A model generated the notes under the pieces. The model was not told where the DNA came from, did not search any database, and saw nothing but the letters and a program-made list of their open reading frames with translations. From positions 88,394 to 152,393 of the forward strand of contig JABHSK010000001.1 in assembly GCA_018669975.1 (NCBI GenBank): a stretch of 64,000 nucleotides of DNA, in the 5' to 3' direction. Below, piece by piece: positions 27,071-36,805 of the stretch. The translations under genes and the position numbers were made by a program. The stretch's first letter is position 1. Every line of letters starts with the position of its first letter. Source of the DNA: Candidatus Parcubacteria bacterium (GTDB taxonomy: Bacteria; Patescibacteriota; Patescibacteriia; UBA1558; GWA2-36-10).

Positions 27071-27904
27071 TTAGTATTGAGCTAAAATAGTATCACTTAC
27101 ATCGAAAATATGTTTTCCAGCATACTTTTGTAATTCTTTTAGACTTGGTATATGACGCTTTTGTCCTTTTTCAATGACAAATATTTTACCGTCACCGCCT
27201 CTTAGTAAACTACCATCAGCATATTCTTTGACGCCAGCTACACCTTGAGGTGTCCAATCTGGATAAGAATCAACTACAGATTGTGCTACATTATAAATCC
27301 TAGTATAAAGATAATTCTGCATCAAATGCTCAAGAGTTGGAATATGAAATTTCTTTTGTTCTTTAATTTCATATACCTTCATTTCTGGATCACAACCTCT
27401 GATTAATGCTCCATCAGGGAATGTGAATACACCTACAATATCTTCATCTGGTCCAAGTGAACCACTAGGTCTTAAAAATTTACAAATCTCTTCCTCAATC
27501 TTTTCACCTAAAACTTCTTCCGGAATCTTTGGAGCACAGTCGCTTGGCACTGTAAACTCATGACCAACACTATTAGTTGTACCGTCTTCATTGGTAGCTT
27601 TAATAGTGTAGTAATAAGTTGCGCCAGCTTCTAGGCCTTCTAAGGCAAAAGAATGTTCTGTGGCAGTATTTTCAGATTTGTATTCCTGATCTAAATCATT
27701 TTCATCTGTACCATAGATTACCCATGAAATTGAGTTCAATGAAGTATCCCAGGTAATAACAGTATACTTGTCTTGAACGGTAGTTAGCTCTGGACCAACT
27801 TCTTCAGCAGTAGCCATGTTGATTTGTGTGGGAATTCCTGTACCCCAAATCACCAAGGTAAAAGCTGTGAATTGAATCAAGGCTTTACTAAGTAATTTTT
27901 TCAT
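27071..27904 (-). CDS. Exported fibronectin type III domain protein with CPR-type C-terminal repeats
   Basis: Signal peptide; VITWDT...VIYG...LEGLEAGATYYYTIKA; two DG.LIRG...KR/FHIP.L repeats. Confidence 0.7.
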   Translation of the reverse strand: MKKLLSKALIQFTAFTLVIWGTGIPTQINMATAEEVGPELTTVQDKYTVITWDTSLNSISWVIYGTDENDLDQEYKSENTATEHSFALEGLEAGATYYYTIKATNEDGTTNSVGHEFTVPSDCAPKIPEEVLGEKIEEEICKFLRPSGSLGPDEDIVGVFTFPDGALIRGCDPEMKVYEIKEQKKFHIPTLEHLMQNYLYTRIYNVAQSVVDSYPDWTPQGVAGVKEYADGSLLRGGDGKIFVIEKGQKRHIPSLKELQKYAGKHIFDVSDTILAQY

Positions 27905-28033
27905 ATGCTTTAAGATAAATTAATTTCTTAATTCTATATATTAAATTTTTTTATACTTTACAATACAATAATTTACTATGTAGAGTCAATAGCTTTTTTT
28001 GACAAAAAACTTACATCTCCAACTTACTCCAAT

Positions 28034-29842
28034 CTAGAATATTGTCAAGAATACTAAGAGCACTATAACTCCAATAGTAGAAGCAATAGTATGTGGGTGT
28101 TGTTTGCGAACCTCTATAAAGATACTTAACAGTAAAGCAATGATAGCCAAAGTAAGTATCACTTGATAATAAATAGAACTTAAGTCAAATAAAGGCTTTA
28201 TAAATTCTGATTGATTATTCTTTAAAAATACATACTGATTGACAGTTGAATTCTTTACTGGTGTAATATTATCCCAATTTACATCTTTTATAGTAGTATT
28301 TCCAGCCACATCTACAGCTGTTAAACTAGCTAAAACAAGTGGATTAAATAACTTCTCATAATCTATATCCGAAACTATCTTATTTCCGGTCCATTTTCCT
28401 TCTTCACTAAAATCTCTAGTTAAAGCAAGGGTGTAATCATCAAACTTAATATGGGCTGATTCTGTATCATCACTTAAATAGGCAGTGGCTTTAAAAACAA
28501 TATCTTCTTGACCCAGAGGTCTGTTTACTAATACTTTAGTTGCATTTTCATCAACTTCTGGGGCAGTATTATCAATATTTAAAGTATAATTACCAGATAA
28601 CATCACTTCTATACCACGATAGGATTTCAAGCTAATTATATGCTCACCTTCTTCAAGATTTAACTCGGTTATAACTGAATCATTTAGTACATCAAAAGCA
28701 GCTATTTCTTGACCATGATCTAAAATAGCTAAACTCTCAGCGTTTGGTGCTGATATTTCTAAATTAATATTATTACCTGAATTTATAGAATTTGTACTTG
28801 GATTAAGTAATTTTGGTATTACCAACGGTATTACAATTTCTTGAATATTTTCCTCTTTTTCAGCTAAAACATCTTCTTCGGGTTCAGTAATAACTACTAT
28901 TTCTTCTTCATTAGTTCTAGAGTTATCTAGAACTTCTTTTTCTTTTTCTACGATTTCTATGTTATCCACAAGCTCCCCTACTGTTTCTAATACAGCCACT
29001 TCTTCGGGCTCGATCTCCACTACAGGGACTACTTTTGGATCACCAAAGTACTGTGCAGCCAATGAGGTATCGTAACCTTGATAATTACCACTAACCATAG
29101 CTACACCAATCTCTGTAAAATCAGTATCAACCATATTAGCGTAATGAGTTGGACTCTTAACCCAGGCATTCACCACATCCTCGGGATTACTAAAACCTAA
29201 GGCTAAATTTTCACCAGCTACCCTAAAGGAATAATCAGCATCAAATAGCCAGTTCTTTAAGCTTCTGTTGTCAGGACTAGTATGAGCAAAATATTCATTA
29301 ATCATCATATCTTGAGCCTTGGCTAGAGCAGCCGTCTGTAAAACAGGACTTTCTTGTAAGGTATGAATATTTAAATTAGTTCTAATATTATTGGTTAATG
29401 CTACAATCTTTTTACTTTGAGTGTATAAAACATCTGGGGAAAGCCAAGCATGTACAGGAAAAGACATCAAAAAACCAACCATAATGACTTTTATGGCTAC
29501 AGCTGAAATAGCATGAAATGCTAATCTTTTTGGATGTAGAGCTTTTGGTCGATAATTATTATGACGAGTTGGAATAAACAAGTCAGATAATTTACCAGCA
29601 CCTTTAGGATTTCTTCCCAACATAACCTCAACACCATCTTCTACTCCGTCACGATCAGTGTCCGGATCCAATGGGTCTGTTTCATAAACATTTACTTCTT
29701 GGTAGTCACCTAAAGCATCATGATCACTATCTGGATCACGTGGATCAGTGCCTATTTTTTGCTCTTCCTTATCTAGCAAACCATCAGCATCTGAGTCTAT
29801 AGAGTCTTTACCAAGATTTTTATTGTTTTTTTTATTGGGCAT
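28034..29842 (-). CDS. CAP-domain membrane protein with N-terminal DxDxDG (TSP3-like) repeats
   Basis: DSDADGLLD...DTDRDGVEDG repeats; AKAQDM..YFAHTSP..AGENLALG..AWVKSPTHYANM..EIGVA. Confidence 0.85.
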   Translation of the reverse strand: MPNKKNNKNLGKDSIDSDADGLLDKEEQKIGTDPRDPDSDHDALGDYQEVNVYETDPLDPDTDRDGVEDGVEVMLGRNPKGAGKLSDLFIPTRHNNYRPKALHPKRLAFHAISAVAIKVIMVGFLMSFPVHAWLSPDVLYTQSKKIVALTNNIRTNLNIHTLQESPVLQTAALAKAQDMMINEYFAHTSPDNRSLKNWLFDADYSFRVAGENLALGFSNPEDVVNAWVKSPTHYANMVDTDFTEIGVAMVSGNYQGYDTSLAAQYFGDPKVVPVVEIEPEEVAVLETVGELVDNIEIVEKEKEVLDNSRTNEEEIVVITEPEEDVLAEKEENIQEIVIPLVIPKLLNPSTNSINSGNNINLEISAPNAESLAILDHGQEIAAFDVLNDSVITELNLEEGEHIISLKSYRGIEVMLSGNYTLNIDNTAPEVDENATKVLVNRPLGQEDIVFKATAYLSDDTESAHIKFDDYTLALTRDFSEEGKWTGNKIVSDIDYEKLFNPLVLASLTAVDVAGNTTIKDVNWDNITPVKNSTVNQYVFLKNNQSEFIKPLFDLSSIYYQVILTLAIIALLLSIFIEVRKQHPHTIASTIGVIVLLVFLTIF

Positions 29843-30028
29843 GGTCCTAAAATTAATATACTATTAAAGCATAGATTTTTATTTCTGTCAATAGCTAGCT
29901 AAAAAATCTATTTTCGTATGTTTAATTATACCATAAAAATCAGCAAAAATGTATAAAAAAAGAGGAGGAAAACACCCAGCCGTTGCTGTTTGTTCTCCTC
30001 CCCTGTGCTAGGGAAACAAGCTTAAATC

Positions 30029-31057
30029 TTAGGGGTTATTACCCACATTAAGATCCTGCATGAATCCTTCGCCACCGGCGGTCATATCGAGCTTTCCAGC
30101 CTCGATGATGGTTGTGGCGGTCTCCACATCACAATAGTTGATGTAGATAGTGCCTGCCGGCTTAGGTTGCCAGAAGGTCAATTCTTCCGAATCAGGATGG
30201 ATACGCTGGTTGACACGAGCTCCAGCAGCTACTTCGATTTGGGGTGCAGATTCAAGACTACGGGTCGAGGCTCCGATCAACGGACCTCTACTACTAAACC
30301 TCTTGACTCCGAGATTACCCCTACGATAGCGGCCACCGTAACTGTGTCCACCACCGGCAAAACCGACATCACCTAAGAGATCTCGGTAGACAGACGGCGG
30401 CGGAGCCGGTCGTTCTTCCCGACTGAGGTAGAAAGCAATGCCAATGGCAAAGACTCGCTCAGCTCCGATGACCTGAGCAGCCACACCACGCATCATTTCC
30501 TCAGTAAAGTAGAACTGACGGACTACACCGTCCTTAGCTCGGAAGCCATCCAACCAGAAACTCCCACGGGGAGTAACATTGCTGGCCAGATAATTCTGGG
30601 AATCCCACTTGAAGCCGCAGTCTGCGCAAAAACGCTCGTGACCGAGCTTGGTGCCGTGTACCGGACAATTGTCATGGTACTGCTCCAAGGAGTGGTCATC
30701 TACCTTGCGACCTGTAATGGCGTTGATACCCTGAACTGAAACCAGAGCTGCCACATGGTGAGTGTGTCCGGCATTGCCGTTGAAATCCAACCAGAGTCCG
30801 TGTTCCGACATAACCGGGACAAAGAAACTGGCAGCATCGGCATTGCCACGCATCCAGGAATCTGGACATGCCAGATACTCGTCAACTGCAAAGGCAGGAC
30901 GTCGGTTGTAGGGCGGTAGGCCTTGAGCTACCTCATTGCCTGAGCCATCATCCCGACGCTTGAGCGCCTTAGGCATGTTGAGAGTACAGGTAAGTCCGTT
31001 GATGGACATTTCGGTGCTACCACCACGTCCGCTGGCAAAAGGGTCGTTGGTACTCAT
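30029..31057 (-). CDS. Hypothetical protein, GC-rich, with a CPVH..CADC insert
   Basis: SD GAGGAG; LPP...W...FFVP...LWLDF, QNYL..P..WLDGF...VRQF, AAGARVNQRIHPD motifs. Confidence 0.75.
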   Translation of the reverse strand: MSTNDPFASGRGGSTEMSINGLTCTLNMPKALKRRDDGSGNEVAQGLPPYNRRPAFAVDEYLACPDSWMRGNADAASFFVPVMSEHGLWLDFNGNAGHTHHVAALVSVQGINAITGRKVDDHSLEQYHDNCPVHGTKLGHERFCADCGFKWDSQNYLASNVTPRGSFWLDGFRAKDGVVRQFYFTEEMMRGVAAQVIGAERVFAIGIAFYLSREERPAPPPSVYRDLLGDVGFAGGGHSYGGRYRRGNLGVKRFSSRGPLIGASTRSLESAPQIEVAAGARVNQRIHPDSEELTFWQPKPAGTIYINYCDVETATTIIEAGKLDMTAGGEGFMQDLNVGNNP

Positions 31058-31092
31058 TATCGATCTCCTCGTTTAGTAAACCAAAGATTGGT

Positions 31093-31121
31093 GCGGCGGG
31101 ACGGTCAGACCGTCCCGCCGC
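31093..31121. repeat. Perfect 14-bp inverted repeat between co-oriented genes
   Basis: GCGGCGGGACGGTC-A-GACCGTCCCGCCGC with no T-tract. Confidence 0.75.
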
Positions 31122-31152
31122 GAAATCACCCGATATTTACTAGACACTAGGT

Positions 31153-32031
31153 CTAGAACCTACGGTGTTTACCTCCAAAGGGATTATTGAGACCATTACC
31201 ATTCTGTCCGGTCCGCATAAGCTTAAGCGAAGGCAAGCCTCCGCCCTGCTTAAGTGCATCGAACATGACAGAAGCCTGCGAATAACGCTGACGAATCTTG
31301 CTCTCGGCATCATCGCCGAAAACCATGTCCATCACCGTATGGGCATCGTTGAGCTGGTTGACGACCACCTCTCGGGTCTCCTTGACGGTCAAATGGACCA
31401 GAACACGTACATCGAAAGGCACTCCGGCCCAACTACGATTAGTCTGATCACAGGTACCGTCGGGACGAAGCATGCGTCCCGGATAGAGCGGATTTTCATC
31501 CGCCGTCATATCCGGCCGTTCACCGATGCGGAAGGTCTGACGGGGACGTTCGTCCACCACCATGGTCTCGCGCTCGGGGAACTTGTCCCTGAGCTCATCA
31601 ACCAAAGTCGTGGAAGGCTCCACGTTGACCGTACCGTTATCGTTGAAAACGATACAGCGACCACCATTTGACAGCGTACTGAGACGCTTGCCAACAGGAT
31701 TGTCCGGGTCACGCGGATCGTAGTGCTCGAGGAGCTCTGCGACTGCCATACCCTGGGCACGCCTTTCGGTAATCACTGTCGGACGCTTCTTGTCCTGCTC
31801 GCGCTCGCGAAAAATTTTGGCCACTCGCTTGGCCACAAACTTTGGCAGACCACACTCCTGCAAATCCTCCCAGGAACATTCCTGCAAGGCCTCCAGGGTG
31901 GTGCCGCCTGCCAGGCGGAGTTTTTGGAAGAAGTCCGAGGTGGAAATACCCGTTCCGCCACCGGAATGAGCACTTTCGTTGTTAGCTGCGATGGCCTCAC
32001 GGGCCTGTTCGATCTTCTGTTCGTAAGACAT
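31153..32031 (-). CDS. Hypothetical protein, GC-rich, with an N-terminal SAM/HhH-like helical motif
   Basis: SD AAGGAG before MSYEQ; LEALQECSWEDLQECGLPKFVAKRVAKIF. Confidence 0.75.
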   Translation of the reverse strand: MSYEQKIEQAREAIAANNESAHSGGGTGISTSDFFQKLRLAGGTTLEALQECSWEDLQECGLPKFVAKRVAKIFREREQDKKRPTVITERRAQGMAVAELLEHYDPRDPDNPVGKRLSTLSNGGRCIVFNDNGTVNVEPSTTLVDELRDKFPERETMVVDERPRQTFRIGERPDMTADENPLYPGRMLRPDGTCDQTNRSWAGVPFDVRVLVHLTVKETREVVVNQLNDAHTVMDMVFGDDAESKIRQRYSQASVMFDALKQGGGLPSLKLMRTGQNGNGLNNPFGGKHRRF

Positions 32032-32271
32032 GTGTCTCTCCTTTGCTCTCAAGCTCTCTCTCGCTCTTAGCAAATCTTTTTCACCTGATAAACCTCAGGT
32101 AAAGCCGACGAGATATCAATGTATCCTCCCTCCTTTCCTGTCGAAAATTGACCCCAAGGGTCAGAAAAAGACCCTCGGAATTTCCGGTAAAACTAGATTC
32201 TACCGGCCGAGGAGTTAAACCCCTATTTTAATACAAATAAGAAACTAACTCCTGACCAATAAAACCTATAT

Positions 32272-32449
32272 TTATTAAGGTACAAACGTTAGACATTATA
32301 ATAAAATCAGTGCTTTGTCAATTCTTATTTATTATAATAAAAAATGTTTAAAGTGGCTATATTGACAAAAACATCAAATATTATTAAAGTACTCTATTGT
32401 TATATTCAGCAAAGAAAAATCCTGAAAAACTCGTACCTTTAAAAAGGAG
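32272..32449. promoter_or_regulatory. Divergent promoters, each followed by a boxA-like motif
   Basis: Minus strand: TTGACA (32321-32316) and GTACCTTAATAA (32283-32272). Plus strand: TTGACA (32362-32367), 17 nt, TAAAGT, and GTACCTTTAAAA (32433-32444) abutting AAGGAG. Confidence 0.6.
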
Positions 32450-32461
32450 AAAAAACTAGGC

Positions 32462-32995
32462 ATGAAAAACCTAAAAGAGCTTGGCTTAAAACTACTCGAG
32501 CCTTTTCGCATCTTTTTTGTCGACTTGGTCTGGAGAGAAATGACACACCCTTCATGGGGTAATCGCCTGACGGCCTATAGCGCACTTGCCATCTTTGGTT
32601 TTGTCTTTGGCTTTGTGCTTATTGTACTGTCTGAAGATCTACCGACCTACGACGAACTGGCAGCCAAAGACCCCAATGCGCCATTTACCGAGTGGCAAGC
32701 TGTGGTCGAGGGTGTCCGATATCCTTCGTGGGATGATCTTACTTTAGGATTAATCTTGGACCGACTCAAGCAAAAAGCTCGAAGATATGAAGAATGGATG
32801 GTGGTATACAACACCTCAGTGGGCCGAGGCGCTCACCGACGAGTAGAACGACTATCTCTAGAAAAACTTCTGGAAACTGCCCAAAGCTACGAGCAAGCTG
32901 AATTCGTCTATAAACACCACAACTACCATCGCCATCTCAAGGGTCAAGCCTTGGGTAAAATGGCCAACCTGACCCAAAATACAGGGAGAAAGTAA
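32462..32995 (+). CDS. Membrane-anchored helical-repeat protein, paralog 1
   Basis: TM helix, PTYDELAAKD, repeats of A-x-x-Y/F-E-E/Q-W/A-x-x-V-Y. Confidence 0.7.
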   Translation: MKNLKELGLKLLEPFRIFFVDLVWREMTHPSWGNRLTAYSALAIFGFVFGFVLIVLSEDLPTYDELAAKDPNAPFTEWQAVVEGVRYPSWDDLTLGLILDRLKQKARRYEEWMVVYNTSVGRGAHRRVERLSLEKLLETAQSYEQAEFVYKHHNYHRHLKGQALGKMANLTQNTGRK

Positions 32996-33577
32996 TGCTC
33001 ACAATCAAACACCTTCTCGGATGGCCCCTACGATATCTCAATAGCGAATGGAAGAACGCCCCTTTCTCAGTCCGCCTGATGATGATCGTAGTAGGAATAT
33101 TCTTTTCGCTACTGATCTTCCTGAGTACTGCATCCTGGATCGAGCAAACGCCCTCATTTGAAACCTTGGCCGCCAAGGATGATGACACCTCGTTCCAAGA
33201 ATGGAGAGATATAGAGGCGCAGGCCAAATATTCAAAGTGGAATGAAGCCAGCTTCACGCTAATCATCACCAATATGCAGCAAAAGGCTGAAAGCTACGAT
33301 GACTGTCTTCAAAACCGTCAAGGGTAATAATCATTATAGACACATCGAAAGAGCTGCTCTGACTCAATCGCTAAACAAGGCTGAGGCCTATGAGCAAGCC
33401 AAGTGGCTCTACAAAAATGACGACTACAACAGCGATCTCAAAAGCGCGGCCTTAGAAAAAATGGCTGCTCTAGCCAGTACCTACGATGAGTGGGAATATG
33501 TCTTCGAGAAAACCTATCCAGCTCATCCACTGCATGCTCGTGCTTTACGTAAAATGCAAGAACTAACCTCATCCTAA
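32995..33577 (+). pseudogene. Helical-repeat protein, paralog 2, split by a frameshift near 33298-33305
   Basis: ORFs 32995-33327 and 33299-33577 each match consecutive parts of paralog 1. Confidence 0.7.
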
Positions 33578-33591
33578 CAAGGAGTCAGAAC

Positions 33592-34656
33592 ATGCCAAAA
33601 CGTTGGGTAGTACCTATTATATTAACTTCTGTATTGGCAAGCATAGTCATAACTATTCTTTTGAACAAATCACCCTCTTTTGAGGAGCTGGTTGCCCAGA
33701 ACCTAACTTTTGGCGAATGGGTCGAGGCCTATGACGATGCCAAGTATGGCTCTGACGAGCGCAAGCTGATCATCCAGAAGATGGCTGAAGGAGCCACGGA
33801 ATTTGCTCAATGGGATATTGTCCGAGAAAAAGCTGGCTATGACAGCGATTTTGATGATCTGGCCGTGCAAAACATGGCCCTCACAGCCCAGACCGCCAAA
33901 CAATGGCATCGACTAATGACTGTCACCTACGACCATGAGCTACGCCAAACTGCTGTGGCGAAAATCCAAGAGCTGTGCGCTAGCTTTGAAGATTGGCAAG
34001 CTGTCTACAAAATATCTTCTTGGTCCAGTGGCAGCAGCGAATATATGGCTGAGATGTCCATAACTAAGATGCTGGAAACTGCCCAGACCTTTGAGCAGGC
34101 CCAGTTTACTTTTAGTAGACTAAGCAACAGAAGCGAACAATACCAAGCTGCCGTAACAACTATGGCTAAGCTGGCTGGCAACTACCAGCAATGGAATATT
34201 GTCTACGAGGCTGCTCACTGGCAAGACAGAGACACCAGAAATCAAGCCTTGGCCGCTATGCGTAATCGTGCCGACAATTTTGAGCAGTGGAAGATTATTT
34301 ACCGCCACTCTGAGCGTGATAGCCCGAAACGGGTGGAAGCCGTAGAACGTATGGCTGATTATGCTGGCGTTTTTCTGGAGTGGGCTGATGTCTACACTGC
34401 CATACCCGATGAGCACGAGCTCAAGCAAATTGCCTTTGTACTCATGGATCAATCTCCACTACCGTTTGATATGTGGTATGATGTCTGGACTACTCACGGT
34501 TCCAAAAAGGTCAAATCACTAGCTTTTAGCAAGCTGAGCAAGCAAGCTCACACCTTTGACCAGTGGCACAAGATCTGGCAGAATTCACCCTCGGGTAGTG
34601 ATACCGAATCCATGGCCCTAGCCAAAATGCAAGAGTTTAGCACTGCTTCTCCTTAA
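33592..34656 (+). CDS. Membrane-anchored helical-repeat protein, paralog 3 (about ten ~30-aa repeats)
   Basis: SD AAGGAG; PSFEELVAQ; recurring M-A-x-x-A-x-x-F-x-Q/E-W motif. Confidence 0.8.
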   Translation: MPKRWVVPIILTSVLASIVITILLNKSPSFEELVAQNLTFGEWVEAYDDAKYGSDERKLIIQKMAEGATEFAQWDIVREKAGYDSDFDDLAVQNMALTAQTAKQWHRLMTVTYDHELRQTAVAKIQELCASFEDWQAVYKISSWSSGSSEYMAEMSITKMLETAQTFEQAQFTFSRLSNRSEQYQAAVTTMAKLAGNYQQWNIVYEAAHWQDRDTRNQALAAMRNRADNFEQWKIIYRHSERDSPKRVEAVERMADYAGVFLEWADVYTAIPDEHELKQIAFVLMDQSPLPFDMWYDVWTTHGSKKVKSLAFSKLSKQAHTFDQWHKIWQNSPSGSDTESMALAKMQEFSTASP

Positions 34657-34665
34657 CAAAAATGT

Positions 34666-34689
34666 ACCCCGTACTTAAATGTGCGGGGT
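34666..34689 (+). terminator. Hairpin, copy 1
   Basis: ACCCCGTAC-TTAAAT-GTGCGGGGT followed by a T-tract. Confidence 0.7.
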
Positions 34690-34850
34690 TTTTATTTTAT
34701 CTCTTTACAAATAGACCAAATAATGGCAAGATACGGTCAGCGTTCATTGTCCTTTATAGCTCCGACAGAATCCTTAGAACGCGGGAATGGCTGTCTTTGC
34801 ACTTTCACCGATGGGATTTAATGGCCCGTCGAGAAATGAGAGGTCCTCCA

Positions 34851-35726
34851 ATGGCACGAGATGTAAAACCCCGAGATCTCCAAGAACCAATGTCTAGAAA
34901 GGCCATCGTCATAATGATTGGCTGGCTAGCACTATTCTGCCTGCTAGGTTTCCTAACCCTCAAGAGAATATCTAACCCTGAAATGATTTTCGTTTTTTTA
35001 CTGGAAATGTTTATTGTGTCTTACTGCTTCTACTATATTGGCTCGGAGTGGTTTCCTAGAAACTTCAAGACTCGATATCTCTGGTACTGGCTGGAAAGAC
35101 CACAAAATGAAGACAGAAGGCTTCGTTGCCAGACTGGTTTTAATCCATCACGAGCTCCTGTAGCTTTTCGACTCAAAATCTCCGGCTGGTCCGGTAATAA
35201 TCAGATCTTTGTTGATGGAAAGCCTAGTGATGACTGGCGAGTGGAAGTCTTTAAAGACTTGGACTTTTTTAGCTATCACGACTTGATTATCTATGACAAG
35301 GAAGGTAGACCACTATACATTGAAGGTCATGGTTTCCATAGTGTCGAATACCTACTCTGGGTCGTCGAGAGTGCACCTGATCTTTCCAAACATTGGAACT
35401 ATGAATATACCATCGCCAAAGAACACCGTGATATGATCAATGCGCTACTAGTCCTGGAGGAAGCCTCTGCTCCTGATGGAACCATGGGTAATAAATGGCA
35501 AGCCAAATTTATCCGAGATTTCGTCGGCGCAGAACTTGACCAAGTAATCGGTAGGTGGCTCAATGGTGAGTCCACGGATGATCTCCTTCCTGGAACTGAT
35601 CTGAAGCTGTCGTGCAAACGATATGATCTAGAAAATGTTCTTCGAAATTGCACTGGCAGAATGAGACTGCTACCGGCCGAACCTGTGTTCAGGTGTAGTG
35701 AGAAGAAAATGATAACTACATCCTGA
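34851..35726 (+). CDS. Hypothetical membrane protein (two N-terminal TM helices)
   Basis: Start MARDVKP behind GAGAGGT; the longer ORF would overlap the upstream terminator. Confidence 0.65.
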   Translation: MARDVKPRDLQEPMSRKAIVIMIGWLALFCLLGFLTLKRISNPEMIFVFLLEMFIVSYCFYYIGSEWFPRNFKTRYLWYWLERPQNEDRRLRCQTGFNPSRAPVAFRLKISGWSGNNQIFVDGKPSDDWRVEVFKDLDFFSYHDLIIYDKEGRPLYIEGHGFHSVEYLLWVVESAPDLSKHWNYEYTIAKEHRDMINALLVLEEASAPDGTMGNKWQAKFIRDFVGAELDQVIGRWLNGESTDDLLPGTDLKLSCKRYDLENVLRNCTGRMRLLPAEPVFRCSEKKMITTS

Positions 35727-35750
35727 AACTAATCGGAGCAAAATAAAAAC

Positions 35751-35773
35751 ACCCCGTACTCAAAGTGCGGGGT
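35751..35773 (+). terminator. Hairpin, copy 2 (near-identical to 34666-34689)
   Basis: ACCCCGTAC-TCAAA-GTGCGGGGT followed by a T-rich tract. Confidence 0.7.
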
Positions 35774-35797
35774 CTTCTTTTTATTTAAATTTATTTT

Positions 35798-36796
35798 TTA
35801 CTTACAGTTTTTCTTGTTGGCCAATTGACCACAGGCAGCATCTATGTCCTGACCAAAACTATAACGCTGGGTAACACCTACGCCCTCTTGCTCTAATACT
35901 TTTCTAAAATCTTCAATAGCATTTTTATCTGAAGCCTTGTAAACATCCGTAGGATTATAAGCTATAAGGTTGACCATATATAATGGTTTCTTCATCAACT
36001 CCGCCAATTCTTTGGCCTGCTCTGGACTGTCATTGATACCCTTAATCATTAAATATTCAAACATTACCCTACGACCCGTTTTAATAATATATTTATCGAC
36101 AGCCTTAAATAAGTCCTTCATTGGAAAACGCTTATTGATAGGCATCAACTCGTTACGCAGTCTATCATTAGGGGCGTGTAAAGAAATCGCTAAATTAACT
36201 TGCATTTTTTCATTAGCTAGCTTATCTATACCATTTAGCACTCCACTGGTAGATATAGAAATATGACGAGCACCAATACCCAAATCCTCATTAAGATATT
36301 TAATAGCCTTGATAGTGTTATCATAATTTAAAAATGGCTCCCCCATTCCCATAACAACTACATTAGAAACTCGCTTGTCTTCTTCTTTGAGTATTCTAGA
36401 AAAAAATAACACCTGCTGCAACATTTCTTCTACTTCTAGGTTTCTTTTTAGACCCATCTTGCCAGTGGCACAAAATGTACAGGCTAAAGAACAACCTACT
36501 TGAGTAGATACACAAACAGTGTGCCGCCCGTCTTTGTGAGACAACATTACTGTTTCAATCTGCAAACCGTCAGCTAAAGTAATTAAAGCCTTGGTGGTTT
36601 TAGCATCTCGGGAAGCAAAAATCTGCCCATCTATTTCCAAAGGGCACTCTTTATTTAATTTTTCCTTGAAGTCCTTAGAAATATTTGAAGCTTCAGACCA
36701 ATTACTAGCTAATTTCTTGAAGATAGCATCTTTAGCCTGTTGGATACGATATTTAGGCTGACCTTCTAATACTTTGTATAGTTTATTTAAATTCAT
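35798..36796 (-). CDS. rlmN: 23S rRNA/tRNA adenine C2-methyltransferase RlmN
   Basis: TVCVSTQVGCSLACTFCATG, MGMGEP, AISLHAP, GQDIDAACGQL. Confidence 0.95.
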   Translation of the reverse strand: MNLNKLYKVLEGQPKYRIQQAKDAIFKKLASNWSEASNISKDFKEKLNKECPLEIDGQIFASRDAKTTKALITLADGLQIETVMLSHKDGRHTVCVSTQVGCSLACTFCATGKMGLKRNLEVEEMLQQVLFFSRILKEEDKRVSNVVVMGMGEPFLNYDNTIKAIKYLNEDLGIGARHISISTSGVLNGIDKLANEKMQVNLAISLHAPNDRLRNELMPINKRFPMKDLFKAVDKYIIKTGRRVMFEYLMIKGINDSPEQAKELAELMKKPLYMVNLIAYNPTDVYKASDKNAIEDFRKVLEQEGVGVTQRYSFGQDIDAACGQLANKKNCK

Positions 36797-36805
36797 CCTG
36801 TTTAT

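Noticed and set aside
31165-32070. Several antisense and off-frame ORFs
   Set aside because: Shadows of the GC-rich minus-strand gene.
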